Made by a program: the position numbers and the translations under genes. This document shows, piece after piece, positions 37,356 to 47,599 of a stretch of 64,000 nucleotides of DNA (position 1 is its first letter; each line of letters starts with the position of its first letter). The notes under the pieces were generated by a model. That model searched no databases. It worked only from the letters and a program-made list of their open reading frames with translations, and was not told the origin of the DNA. Source of the stretch: Escherichia coli 042 (GTDB lineage: Bacteria > Pseudomonadota > Gammaproteobacteria > Enterobacterales > Enterobacteriaceae); assembly GCF_000027125.1 (NCBI RefSeq), contig NC_017626.1; one strand, 5' to 3'.

Positions 37356-39878
37356 TTATGCCGGTAACTCCGGGGGTAATGCTTCTTCCAGCCGGTTAAC
37401 CATATTGCCGAGATGGGATGCATCATATTCCATGACGGGGCGTTGCCTGATGATACTGACCACCAGTGGTTTGATTAACATATTGGTCGCGGCCCGTTGT
37501 TGTATACCGGCGGCGAAAATGATCTCCAGAGCATTCTGATCGATAACACGGGCCAGATTCGCGTTCAGATTTTCTGTTTCATGTCCGGTCAGCAGGAAAC
37601 TGCCGGCAAGCCATGTCACCTGTTCCTGAATCATTGCCAGAATTTTGACGCGATCTTCTTCAACCAGCGCTCCGGCAATTTTTCCTGATACAGCGGAGGC
37701 AATCATTCCCCCCAGAACACCGCCAACCACACGCCCTGTCAGTGCACCAAATGGTCCCAGTGGACTGAACAGTATCCCGCCCGCCACTGACCCGACAGCT
37801 CCACCTGCCACACCGGAAGATGCCACGGCAAGATTCCTGATGAACTGCGTACCGGAGATCCGTCCCCGCAACATTTTGATCATGTCAGGGCCGGTTGTGA
37901 CAGCTACCAGTGCCAGAGATGTCACCAGCGTACCCTTCATCACTTTGTTCAGGGCACTGATATTTCCTGTACCGGTCCCCTTCTGAAGAGCCAGTCGGAC
38001 AGTCGGACTGGCCGTCGAAAAATCAATGTGCTTCAGCATACCCTGAACAACACTGAGCCGGTGAAGTTGCTGGGTTGTGACGTAGACAGCCAGTGTGCGG
38101 GTGAAGGTTTTTCCTGCCTGGACAGCAGCTGTCTGCAGGGCAGCATCGCGATCGCCGGTGCTGAGCCAGAAGACCGATGCCGTCAGGGCAAAACTGATCC
38201 CTCCGGCCGCCAGACTGACAACCGAACCCTCGGCAATATCATAAGTGACCGATTCGATGGTCCCGAACCGGGTGATATTACGGGCCTGGGTATAAGTCAG
38301 ATGTCCCCGACGAATCAGCCGGGACGCTTCTGCGGGATCGGTTACACCAGGTACTTTACCTTCGCGGATCTTATTCCTCATGGTTTCAACAGCGCCGGCA
38401 TACTGATCACGGGGGACTTCCAGTTGCATGGGGCCATGATTTCCCATGTAACGATACTGTCCGTTTTGTCCGTCGAATGCCGCACCGACGCTACGGGCTG
38501 CAGTTGAACAATATTTCGTCTGGATCTCTGTTCCGCTGACCAGTCTGTCTGCTCCATTTCTGGCATTATTATCACCGAGGATCCGTGCGTTTTTCAGACG
38601 GACTCTGTCGACAATATGGTTTCCCCGTTCAGCGGCAAACCCATGTCCCTGCCCTCCGGAAGCAAACATTTTCTCATTTGTACTCCAGGTTTCCGGCAGT
38701 TTCATGAGAATCAGACCATTCGCCGTTGCATCGGAAATAAAACTGTTGTAGGGGCGTTCATAAATTTCCTGACACAGTGTTTCTGTTTCGCGACAAAGAG
38801 AGGAGCAGTACCATTCCGGATCCGGCTTATGATTTTCCGGGGCATGATGTACTTCTGTCAGCCCGCAGGAGGCACAGATACGAAGCTCATCCACGTGATG
38901 GAATGATACAAAACGGCGACCTTCTGAAAAGGGATACCAGTCACCGCCGTCCAGGCAACGATCGAGAAAATCGTCATTCGCTTCCGGTGATAAATTCAGG
39001 CGGTTCCGGAAGAGGGTTTTCAGTTCATCAGGGGTAAATGACAGGCTCTCTCTCAGCTTTTCGTTGAAACCCGCCATGTTTCTTTCATACCAGGCATTGT
39101 CCAGTAGCCAGTTTCCGTCTGCCAGTTCAAATTCCCTCAGTTCTCCCCGGGAAATCCGTTGTGAAATGAGTGTCAGCCAGATGCGCTCCGTCAGCGTTTC
39201 AGGAAGGCTGTAATCGTTTTGCAAACTGCTCAGCCATGATTTACTGTTGAGCACCGGTTGTTCTTCCAGTGTCTGGCTGATGGCACTGGTCAGTCTTTTC
39301 AGCGCCTGGATCTGGCTGGCCGCCCATAGCAGCGTCACTAATGCAGCCAGCCAGTACAACAACCCGCCCCACCACATCAGTGAGGGTGAAATATCGAACT
39401 GCAATGCGATCAATGGTGCGTATGCAGAACACGCCATAAGGAAAAAGGCAGTATAAAAACAGCAGTAATACCCGTTAATTTCCTTGCTGATATCTTCAGG
39501 TGTGAGCCCGTTCTGCTGAATGGTTCTTATCTGCACGGGAAGAGCCAGCAGACCAGCGGCGAGAGCGGTGGTCAGAATAAATTTTACAGAGTCAAAAGTA
39601 TGAGCCTCCAGTGCGATATGTTTACCATCAAGTCCCCACATGAAGCTGATGATCATTCCGGCAATCGTCAGAAATACGCCTGCCAGCCAGCGAATATGGA
39701 ATAACCGGGTTATGCGTTCAGTGATATAGCCAGCCAGTAAAGCCGGACCGAACAGACACAGCAATATGAACCCTGCCAGCGCAGACGCTGTGCTGGTTAA
39801 TGCTCTGAACAAAAGGCGAAGAATGGCAAATCCTGCGATCAGCAGAATCAGCGCGCCGACTATCTGTAACATAGTCAC
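37356..39878 (-). CDS. YeeR-like polytopic inner-membrane protein (long, 840-aa form)
   Basis: N-terminal and C-terminal clusters of hydrophobic helices with Gly-rich stretches (GGVLGGMIASAVSGKIAG). The central soluble part has a Cys cluster, CASCGLTEVHH...WYCSSLC. It sits immediately downstream of flu, as yeeR does in CP4-44. Confidence 0.7.
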   Translation of the reverse strand: MTMLQIVGALILLIAGFAILRLLFRALTSTASALAGFILLCLFGPALLAGYITERITRLFHIRWLAGVFLTIAGMIISFMWGLDGKHIALEAHTFDSVKFILTTALAAGLLALPVQIRTIQQNGLTPEDISKEINGYYCCFYTAFFLMACSAYAPLIALQFDISPSLMWWGGLLYWLAALVTLLWAASQIQALKRLTSAISQTLEEQPVLNSKSWLSSLQNDYSLPETLTERIWLTLISQRISRGELREFELADGNWLLDNAWYERNMAGFNEKLRESLSFTPDELKTLFRNRLNLSPEANDDFLDRCLDGGDWYPFSEGRRFVSFHHVDELRICASCGLTEVHHAPENHKPDPEWYCSSLCRETETLCQEIYERPYNSFISDATANGLILMKLPETWSTNEKMFASGGQGHGFAAERGNHIVDRVRLKNARILGDNNARNGADRLVSGTEIQTKYCSTAARSVGAAFDGQNGQYRYMGNHGPMQLEVPRDQYAGAVETMRNKIREGKVPGVTDPAEASRLIRRGHLTYTQARNITRFGTIESVTYDIAEGSVVSLAAGGISFALTASVFWLSTGDRDAALQTAAVQAGKTFTRTLAVYVTTQQLHRLSVVQGMLKHIDFSTASPTVRLALQKGTGTGNISALNKVMKGTLVTSLALVAVTTGPDMIKMLRGRISGTQFIRNLAVASSGVAGGAVGSVAGGILFSPLGPFGALTGRVVGGVLGGMIASAVSGKIAGALVEEDRVKILAMIQEQVTWLAGSFLLTGHETENLNANLARVIDQNALEIIFAAGIQQRAATNMLIKPLVVSIIRQRPVMEYDASHLGNMVNRLEEALPPELPA

Positions 39879-39992
39879 TCCGTGATGAATATCATGTTAT
39901 TGTGAATGCCAGTGAATGTGGCACTGAAATGTTTTCCCCCGTCCGGGTCCCGGTCATGATGACCGGAACCACAGAGAGGCAATGCAGAATTA

Positions 39993-42900
39993 TCAGAAGG
40001 TCACATTCAGCGTGGCCTGACTGTTATAACCTTCAGCGCTGCTGCCGCTGACGCTGTGGGCATAACCGGCCTGAACGCCCAGGGTGATATTTTCCCGGAC
40101 ACGGGCTTCCAGTCCGGCCTGCAGATCCAGTGAAGTGCCATTCTGTGAGGGAGAGAACGTCATCCCGCTGCCTGCGGTGGAGGTCCCCACACGCATATCA
40201 CCCCGGGAGCTGAAGGTGCGGATAACGGAAGGCTGTACCCACCAGTTCACCGGCAGTTCACGCACACTGTGTTTTGCACTGTCACGCAGGGGGGCACGGG
40301 ATGAGGTGCCTTCACCAAAGGTCATATCGTTGTGGCTGCCCAGACGGAAACCGGCACGCACATGTTGTGCACTGCCATGCCCGAACTTCACATAACCGGC
40401 GTTGTCCTTACCGTCATCCAGCGAAAGCCCCTGCCAGGTGTACTGCAGCCGTGGCTCCAGCATCAGGTTGTCAGTAATACTGAAGGGCAGACCGGTTTCC
40501 AGTGAGCCCAGCCAGCCCCAGCCCCGTGCGCGGAAGTCGTTATTGCCCGATGACGCTTTCATACTGTGGCGGGTTCCCTGTGCCACAATGTCAGCCCACA
40601 GGCCGGAGGAGGTGTGTGTCAGGTTCATATATCCGCCCAGGCTGCCGGCATCATCCCGGACCGTGCCGGCGCGGGAGCCGTCATCATCCTTAACATCAAC
40701 GGAAGAATGGCCTGCAGCACCATACACTCCTGTCGTCAGTGACATACCGGCGACCTCTGTTCTGAGCAGGTCACCCTCCAGACGGACGAAGCCATAGCTG
40801 CCGCTGCTTTCCGGCGTGGCCCCACGGGCAATACCGCCGTTGTTATCGTGACCGAGATGGCCGCCCTGAATGCTGAGACGGACGCTGTTATTTTCACCGT
40901 TTACACCGGTCTGATGGCTGCGTGAGCCTGCCAGAATCCGGTCATAGTCCATTGCCTGTGTCAGCATGGAGGCGTACAGGGGGACTTCAGCACGATAACG
41001 TTCTTCACTGCGCAGATACCAGCTCTCATCACTGTCCCGGTTGAGGGTGTAGTTAAAGGCCCCGGCCTGCAGCATATTCCCCTGGACAAAAGCCCCTTCC
41101 TCCGTGGTGGCACCGTTAATGGCCTCAACCACCTGAATACCCTTACCGGTGGTCGCCAGCCCCGTACCACTGTTGCCGGCGTTCACCAGATTCAGGATGG
41201 TTTTTCCGGTTGCCCTGCCACCGTCAATGACCAGTCTGTCAGCATTGTTCTGCGCCATATCCGGGCGTACACGCAGGCTGATGGTGCCATTCTGCCCGTT
41301 CAGGTTTTTCACCTGCAGGGTTGCCGGTACGAACTTCCCTGTGCGGGTGGAGGTGAAATGAATCTGTCCGGCATGGCTGAGGTCATCCACCACCGACTGC
41401 ACCGTGGCGTTATCAGGGATATTCCAGGTGGCACCGGATGTCAGGGTGACATTCGTGGGGTCAATGGCACCGTTCAGCACTGTGCTGCCGGTCAGCTTCA
41501 GGGCCGTGCCGCGCTGAGCGATGACATCCGTGGTGACGGTACTGTCGTTCAGCGTCAGCGTGCCTTCATTCAGGTTGACGGTTTTCTGGGTGAGTGTGGT
41601 GTTGCTGACAGTGAGTGTGCCACTTCCTGATTTTTCCACCCTGCCGTTACCGGTAAGAGCGCCTCCCTGCAGGAGTGCATCACCTTCACGGATGGTCAGG
41701 GTATCGTTATTCACCGTTTTCCCGGAAAGGGTAAGCGTGGCACCGTTATTCAGCGTGGTGGTGCCCGCCAGCGAGCCCCCTCTGGCAGTGAACAGTCCGC
41801 CATTTACCGTGGTATCCGTGGCCGTATCACCGGCGTTCAGCGTGAATGAACTGCCTTTTTCCAGCATCAGGGCATCCGCCTGACCGCCCCCGATACGGAA
41901 TGCCGTTCCGTCGCTCCGGGTACCACTGACAGCGGCCCCGGAATCGGCCAGCAGTACACCGCCATTCCCCATGGATACGGTGGTGGCGGCACCACCGTTG
42001 CGGACATCCAGCGTTCCGCCATCATCCACACGGGTATTAGTGGCTGTGTGTCCGCTCAGCACATCCAGACGTCCGCCATTTTCCAGTACGACATTATCAG
42101 CCTTACCCGCCAGAACGGAGAATGCTCCCAGGCGGTTTGTGCCGGTGACGGTTGCAGCTGTGCTGGTAACCAGTGCACCTCCCGTGTTCTGGGTGACATC
42201 AGACGCTTTACCGCCGGCATTCACCTGCAGCTTTCCTTTCTGGTTGATGGTGGTATGCGCGGTAGTTCCTCCTTCCTTAATCACCTGCCAGCCCCCCTCG
42301 TTAATTACCGTGTTCAGCGCAAGTCCGTATTTGTGCACATACTGGTTTCCTCCCTCCAGCCGGGTGTTATGTGCCTCGCCGTGTACCGTCTGGTCACCGC
42401 CGGCGTAAATGAGGGTGTCCCGTGCCATCCCCGAAGACCAGATAACCTGCCGGCCATTTTTGTTGATGGTGGTGGATTCAGCCGTCCCTCCGACCATCTG
42501 ACCGCTGGACACATTTTCAGACTCCGGACCACCTTCTGCACCGGTGTTGACGATGGTTCCGGTTGCCTGCCCGCCATGTTTAATGGTCTGGTAGCCAGAC
42601 TGGTTAATCACCGTTCCGGATGCACTGCCGCCTGCATGTATCCATTGTTCACCACCGTTAAGGACAGTACCGTAAGCCTGCCCGCGCAGATTCTGTCCTC
42701 CACCGGCACTGATAACCGTATCCGTGGCACTGCCACCTGCCATGACATCCTGCAGACCGTTTGCGGTGACCGTGGTGTTTCTGGCAGTGCCACCCCGGGC
42801 TATCTGCTGACCGCCGGTGTTGTCATCAGAGTCCGGCCCCAGCTCAAGCCCGGTACTGACAGTCACGCCATCAGCTGTTCCGGATACAAACTGGTTGTCA

Positions 42901-43112
42901 TGGTTTACCAGTGTTCCGCCATTCACTGTTTCACCCGGGTGCACAACGATGTCAGCAGCCAGCACCGGGAGTGACGTGACTGCGGCAAGAGACAGTGCAA
43001 CCGCCACACCGCCACGTTTACCCCGTGCGCGGGCCAGTTCGGAGGCAACCACGAAAGCGCCCGTAATGTGATTCCATACCAGCCTGTAGCAGGTATTCAG
43101 ATGTCGTTTCAT
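39993..43112 (-). CDS. flu: Antigen 43 self-associating autotransporter adhesin
   Basis: ORF 39993-43118. Extended autotransporter signal peptide MKRHLNTCYRLVWNHITGAFVVASELARARGKRGG..., a repetitive G/T/N-rich beta-helix passenger, and a C-terminal beta-barrel ending ...QATLNVTF. Confidence 0.95.
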   Translation of the reverse strand: MKRHLNTCYRLVWNHITGAFVVASELARARGKRGGVAVALSLAAVTSLPVLAADIVVHPGETVNGGTLVNHDNQFVSGTADGVTVSTGLELGPDSDDNTGGQQIARGGTARNTTVTANGLQDVMAGGSATDTVISAGGGQNLRGQAYGTVLNGGEQWIHAGGSASGTVINQSGYQTIKHGGQATGTIVNTGAEGGPESENVSSGQMVGGTAESTTINKNGRQVIWSSGMARDTLIYAGGDQTVHGEAHNTRLEGGNQYVHKYGLALNTVINEGGWQVIKEGGTTAHTTINQKGKLQVNAGGKASDVTQNTGGALVTSTAATVTGTNRLGAFSVLAGKADNVVLENGGRLDVLSGHTATNTRVDDGGTLDVRNGGAATTVSMGNGGVLLADSGAAVSGTRSDGTAFRIGGGQADALMLEKGSSFTLNAGDTATDTTVNGGLFTARGGSLAGTTTLNNGATLTLSGKTVNNDTLTIREGDALLQGGALTGNGRVEKSGSGTLTVSNTTLTQKTVNLNEGTLTLNDSTVTTDVIAQRGTALKLTGSTVLNGAIDPTNVTLTSGATWNIPDNATVQSVVDDLSHAGQIHFTSTRTGKFVPATLQVKNLNGQNGTISLRVRPDMAQNNADRLVIDGGRATGKTILNLVNAGNSGTGLATTGKGIQVVEAINGATTEEGAFVQGNMLQAGAFNYTLNRDSDESWYLRSEERYRAEVPLYASMLTQAMDYDRILAGSRSHQTGVNGENNSVRLSIQGGHLGHDNNGGIARGATPESSGSYGFVRLEGDLLRTEVAGMSLTTGVYGAAGHSSVDVKDDDGSRAGTVRDDAGSLGGYMNLTHTSSGLWADIVAQGTRHSMKASSGNNDFRARGWGWLGSLETGLPFSITDNLMLEPRLQYTWQGLSLDDGKDNAGYVKFGHGSAQHVRAGFRLGSHNDMTFGEGTSSRAPLRDSAKHSVRELPVNWWVQPSVIRTFSSRGDMRVGTSTAGSGMTFSPSQNGTSLDLQAGLEARVRENITLGVQAGYAHSVSGSSAEGYNSQATLNVTF

Positions 43113-43143
43113 CAGCATTTCCTTAATCAGAGTGAGGGTGAAT

Positions 43144-43177
43144 AAAAAAGCCGGTATCCACAGATGTGGATACCGGC
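43144..43177 (-). terminator. Intrinsic-terminator-like hairpin inside the flu 5' leader
   Basis: The minus strand reads gccggtatccac-atct-gtggataccggc followed by tttttt, about 30 nt upstream of the flu start codon. Confidence 0.55.
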
Positions 43178-43299
43178 AGGTAAAGGGTTACAGTGCCGGA
43201 GGTCCGGCTGACGGAAGTTTCTGACGTGTGGCTCTGTTGTTCCCTGAATCTCATGTCTGTGTGTATCTGCGCACGTTGCTAACAGGAGTTATTATTAGC

Positions 43300-43345
43300 A
43301 TGACGATCGATATAAACGATCGATAAAATAGGTATCGATCGTTTT
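43300..43345 (-). promoter_or_regulatory. agn43 (flu) phase-variation region: three GATC sites / OxyR operator
   Basis: GATC at 43305-43308, 43318-43321 and 43337-43340, within tgacGATCgatataaacGATCgataaaataggtatcGATCgtttta. Three closely spaced Dam sites overlapping the OxyR site are the known agn43 switch. Confidence 0.75.
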
Positions 43346-43445
43346 ATTCTATTATCAGGCTATTGCACGGACAAGAGAGACAGTAACGAAAACAGCGCTT
43401 TTGTGAGCAGACTCAGAGGCAGGGAGGACATCATCCACAACAGGT

Positions 43446-44318
43446 TCAGAAGAAGATCCAGTTCCATACCGCGCGGGCAACAGAGACCACGGTGTCACGA
43501 ACAGCGCGCAGGGCCGTACGGACAACAGAGGCAACACAGACGCTCTCCGCTGTGTCAAATATCCGGTCCACCGCACCGGTAAACTGTTCACGGGCCTGAG
43601 AGCGGACAGACTCCGTGCGCAGCTCGTCCTGCAGTCGGGTCATCAGGGGGCTGGCGGCATGGTCGGGAAGCGCTGTCATGAGCGCACTGACCAGCGTATC
43701 CAGTTCCCAGCCGGTGCGGGCCGATACGGCAACAACCGGATGTACGGGCCGGAACAGACGGAATACCGCCTCCGTTTTCTCACGAATGTTCTGTTCCTGT
43801 GCGGGAGAAGGCTGAATACCTGCCATATCCCATTCATGGCAGGGTTCCGTTTTGTCAGCCTGCGTCACCACAAACAGCACCTGCTGATGTCCGCACTGCA
43901 GGATGTGTCGCCAGAAATACTCATCCACAGACAGGGCCCGGTCATCGGCTTTAATCAGCCACAGCACCAGGTCCAGTTCAGGCAGAATGTCACGGTACAG
44001 GGCTTCATACTCTGCATCCCTGTCCCGGCTCTCGCCCACCCCGGGCAGGTCAGTGATAACCATGCTGTGACCGTGACCACTCAGACGGAAGCGCTGCACT
44101 TCCCGGGTGCCGGCGTGAACATCACTGACCGGTGTGACCTCCCCCTGAAACAGTGCATTACAGAGTGAAGATTTACCGGCCCCGCTTTTACCCATAATGC
44201 CAATCACGGGTTCGTGACTGGTGAGTTTGCGCAGATGTTCCAGGATGTGACGGGAAAGTGAGTAAGGCAGGGAGGAGAGCGGTTTTTCAATTGCCTCAAT
44301 GGCATCAGACGGATTCAT
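43446..44318 (-). CDS. YeeP/YfjP/YkfA-family GTPase
   Basis: ORF 43446-44357. The ATG at 44318 gives MNPSDAIEAIEKPLSSLPYSL... with the P-loop GIMGKSGAGKSS and a DLPG (G3) motif. Confidence 0.85.
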   Translation of the reverse strand: MNPSDAIEAIEKPLSSLPYSLSRHILEHLRKLTSHEPVIGIMGKSGAGKSSLCNALFQGEVTPVSDVHAGTREVQRFRLSGHGHSMVITDLPGVGESRDRDAEYEALYRDILPELDLVLWLIKADDRALSVDEYFWRHILQCGHQQVLFVVTQADKTEPCHEWDMAGIQPSPAQEQNIREKTEAVFRLFRPVHPVVAVSARTGWELDTLVSALMTALPDHAASPLMTRLQDELRTESVRSQAREQFTGAVDRIFDTAESVCVASVVRTALRAVRDTVVSVARAVWNWIFF

Positions 44319-44427
44319 ACATGTATTCCCGGTGAAAAAAGACAAAACCCCGCGCACCGGAAAGGTGGCGGGGGATTCACGGAGATAATATCTGTCTGAG
44401 ATTATTTAGAATGTAACAGGTAATGAA

Positions 44428-45447
44428 TTACTTCCTTCGCTTGTGTTCAAGATATTTCTCTGTAATCAGCATTTCAAAAAACTCTCCTGTTCTCAGACCG
44501 TAAACAGTTCTGAGCTCATCAAGCATTTCTTTCACATTGCTTCTTATATGTATATTAATGGCCTTTTTACCATCACTCCGATATTTGTCCTTTTGTTTTT
44601 TCTGATGCCAGGCATGATTTATTCGTGTTCTGAACAGTTCAATGGTATCAGGCGCTTCTTTCCATAAAGCAAAGGCGACAAGAGAGGCAAGATAATATTC
44701 TTTCGTTGAAGATGGTATGAACCACCGGGTCACTGGGTTATGTACTGGATGTTTTTCATCCTGTTTTTGTTTCAGTCTTGTCCAGAACCACTGACACATT
44801 TCATCATCGTCAGGAAGGAACCACTTAAACTTTTGACAAGCGCTTTTCTTTTTAAGCCACGCCTGCCTGAGTTCCTCGAGGTATATGCTTTTTGCATTTT
44901 TATTAATTAAAGAATGGCAGGAGTCAAAATATGAAATGATTACTTTTATTCGTTCGTTATGGGATGATGGATTATCCGGAAGGTTACTTTTTTTGTAAGT
45001 ATTTAACGTTTCATCGGTAACTGTTCGTATTTTCCTGACTTCAATTCCGTTTTTTATTCCTGATGAATTATGGTTTATTTTCGGGAATTTTGTATGGTCT
45101 TCCTTCGACAGATAAATAGTAGTCCAGGTAAAGAAAGTCGCAAGTTCGTCAGTTTTCAACCAGAGAAAACTCTCTTCAGGCAGTATTGCCTGCCCTGCAA
45201 TAATTTCAAGTTCATTAATTTCTTTGCTGAGAGCTTCTTCTGCAGTCGAACCAAAAACACCAAAAGAATTGTTTGAAGCTTTATAATACTTTTCTTTTAA
45301 AAACGAATTAACATTTCTGATACAGTTTTGTGGGTTGTCAGGCGCAAACTGAGGGAATTCATTGGGGTATTTGTGATTCAGATATTCGGCATAAAACCGA
45401 CATTTACGGGGATCTTTGCATTTGATAAGCATCTGTTCGTTATTCAT
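44428..45447 (-). CDS. Hypothetical 339-aa AT-rich protein with a putative C-terminal ribbon-helix-helix
   Basis: Long ORF in visibly AT-rich DNA, MNNEQMLIKCKDPRKCRFYAEYLNHKYPNEF.... The C-terminus KAINIHIRSNVKEMLDELRTVYGLRTGEFFEMLITEKYLEHKRRK has a strand-helix-helix pattern. No family recognised. Confidence 0.55.
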   Translation of the reverse strand: MNNEQMLIKCKDPRKCRFYAEYLNHKYPNEFPQFAPDNPQNCIRNVNSFLKEKYYKASNNSFGVFGSTAEEALSKEINELEIIAGQAILPEESFLWLKTDELATFFTWTTIYLSKEDHTKFPKINHNSSGIKNGIEVRKIRTVTDETLNTYKKSNLPDNPSSHNERIKVIISYFDSCHSLINKNAKSIYLEELRQAWLKKKSACQKFKWFLPDDDEMCQWFWTRLKQKQDEKHPVHNPVTRWFIPSSTKEYYLASLVAFALWKEAPDTIELFRTRINHAWHQKKQKDKYRSDGKKAINIHIRSNVKEMLDELRTVYGLRTGEFFEMLITEKYLEHKRRK

Positions 45448-46941
45448 TATCTCACTCCATGTCGCCTCTCTTATAACAAAATCGTCTCAATTTTATTTTG
45501 TCACTAAGTGATTATCAAATGTTTTTGTTGTGATTTGTTTATGTTTTTAAATGTCTATGTCATGTTATCAGTGTTTTTATATAAAGATACATTGATGTTT
45601 TTATGATGGTGAAAAATCATATTTTCTTTTATATTCATTTGGTTATGATTGTTTGTTCTGCATTTGGGGGATGACAGAAAAGAATGGGCTGTGTTGATCA
45701 CATGCGCCGTATGCGCTGTCCAGGTTACAGCGCACCTCAATATTCAGTGTTTTCCTGTTGACTGGCATTGTTAATCTTATGTTTTTGGTTTTGTTTTATT
45801 GTGTGGTTGTGAATGTTGTGTTTGGTTTGATGGTTGAGAAAGAAAAAAGAAGACTATGATGCACTAATCAGGAAATATTTTCGACGCCGGTTGAGTTAAA
45901 AGAACAGATAGAGTGGACAGGTGTTGTGTTAATAGTTTACGGCTGACAGCATTCTTATTTTAATAACAGGTGTTATTATTTATGGATTTATACAGACGAT
46001 ACTCCCGCTAAATAGTCAGGTGATGATGGTCGTTGAGTGGTTTTATAAGCTACGTATAGCTCTGTAAGACTTATTAATTCAACGATGACTACCGTTTATT
46101 GATATACATGTATTCGGGAAATGTCATAAAAAATGTCACGTTGTTTGCAGAATCTTTTGTTTTTTAGTTTTTGATACGCAATGACTAAGCAGGAGGACTC
46201 ACTTTGTTTGTATGCTGACCGTGATCGTCAGTGGAGATGAACAATTGACTCTTACACTGAAAAATATACTCTCTTGTTTTTTATCGTTTATCTGCATGAA
46301 ATAAATAATCTTCAGCATTTTTCATGTGAATTTCATCATCTTACCCTGAATGTTCATTTTATCAGTATGATATTCCTTTGTTTACTGATAAAATTAACCG
46401 ATAAATGTTCTTGTTAAGATTGCCAGAATGACAGTTTTTGCTGATTCCGTGCAATGGAAGAGATATTATATCATCTATTTAAGCAATAAGTTTAATACAA
46501 ATTTCAGAAGATGTGTTGGTGAGTTGATGACTAATTTTCAGAGGGGGATGGAAAAGTGTATGGAATCCCACAAAGAAAAAATCGTTATTGTTCAGTTGAC
46601 GTTTATTTCTGGGTGATGACTCCAGTCAGCAGAATATGTTTTTTTCGATGAATGACCCAATAACTTTTTCGTGAATTTCCACGGAGCATGAAAAGCAAAT
46701 CGTTTTCCGGTCCAGCCGTTTGATGTGGGAACGGGGGCAGATGGTGGTGCTCAATGCGCCGGGTAAATATCAATACGATTTGAGGAACCATTTGCTGGTT
46801 AATCTCTTTCCGATAGCATTGGATGCAGCAATCACTACATCCAACGTGAATAACCATGAATTGCACAGAAACAATATACCTGCGACCCTCTCCGGAAATT
46901 CCGGTATCACTGACTACGTACCGCCCGGGAGTGATTATGAA

Positions 46942-47514
46942 TCAACAGGCGTATAACAGGTACTCGTCAATCATCAGTTCAAGCTCGCGCTTTTCCCGTT
47001 TGCGCGCCACAGCCCAGCTTTCAAGTTCTGCGTGTGATTTATGCTTTAACTCTTCAGTCCAGGGCTGCATGGAGTGGGCGCACATCAGATCATACCAGCA
47101 CAGCCATATCAGGGTGTGGTAGAGATCGCGATCGTCAAAACGCCGGAGCAGACTGTTCAGCCTGTTTGCCAGTCGGCTTTCTCCCAGACGATGTAGTTCA
47201 CTGAGTAAAACACCACCCAGGTTAAAATGTGTAAGTAACATGATTTCATGAGTCTGAATGCTGGTCATTAACCCTTCCTGAATGGCAGGAATGAACGGTG
47301 GCGTTGCCGGGTTGACTACCTGATAGAGTCCCTGTGGTGCCACCGAGATGATGGTGCCTTTTTCCGGCAGAAAAAAGTGGGCCAGGGTCAGGCGATGATA
47401 ACCATGAAGATGCGGAGAGCCCATTCCGTGAGCGACAATAAACCGGGTTACACTTGCCATCCATTTCTGATGCTGGGTGAGCAGCAGATCACACCGGTTT
47501 TCAAGTTTTTGCAT
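46942..47514 (-). CDS. Hypothetical 190-aa protein co-oriented with alpA
   Basis: ORF 46942-47541. The ATG at 47514 is preceded by the SD AAAGGAGAG and lies 85 nt downstream of the alpA stop. MQKLENRCDLLLTQHQKWMASVTRFIVAHGMGSPHLHGYHRL.... No family recognised. Confidence 0.6.
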   Translation of the reverse strand: MQKLENRCDLLLTQHQKWMASVTRFIVAHGMGSPHLHGYHRLTLAHFFLPEKGTIISVAPQGLYQVVNPATPPFIPAIQEGLMTSIQTHEIMLLTHFNLGGVLLSELHRLGESRLANRLNSLLRRFDDRDLYHTLIWLCWYDLMCAHSMQPWTEELKHKSHAELESWAVARKREKRELELMIDEYLLYAC

Positions 47515-47599
47515 AATATTCTCTCCTTTAGCACGCAGCAAAATGCCTCCGGAGGCCGGATAGTGTATTCGCTGCGGTTGAACGGGTAATGGTCAGGAA

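Noticed and set aside
40084-42974. Many 60-308-aa ORFs on the plus strand and in alternate minus frames within flu
   Set aside because: The repetitive, GC-rich Ag43 passenger keeps several frames open by chance. The translations are Pro/Ser/Arg-rich low-complexity sequence, whereas the Ag43 frame is unambiguous.
45781-45840. GT-rich run considered as a microsatellite, CRISPR-like or phase-variable repeat
   Set aside because: It has no regular unit length or exact repeat. It shows compositional bias only, and no cas genes or spacer/repeat periodicity occur anywhere in the window.
46603-46956. Overlapping 87-aa (minus) and 78-aa (plus) ORFs at the GC-normal right end of the AT-rich tract
   Set aside because: Neither has an SD or a recognisable family, and they overlap each other. 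This is possibly a degraded gene, so I left it unresolved rather than calling a CDS.
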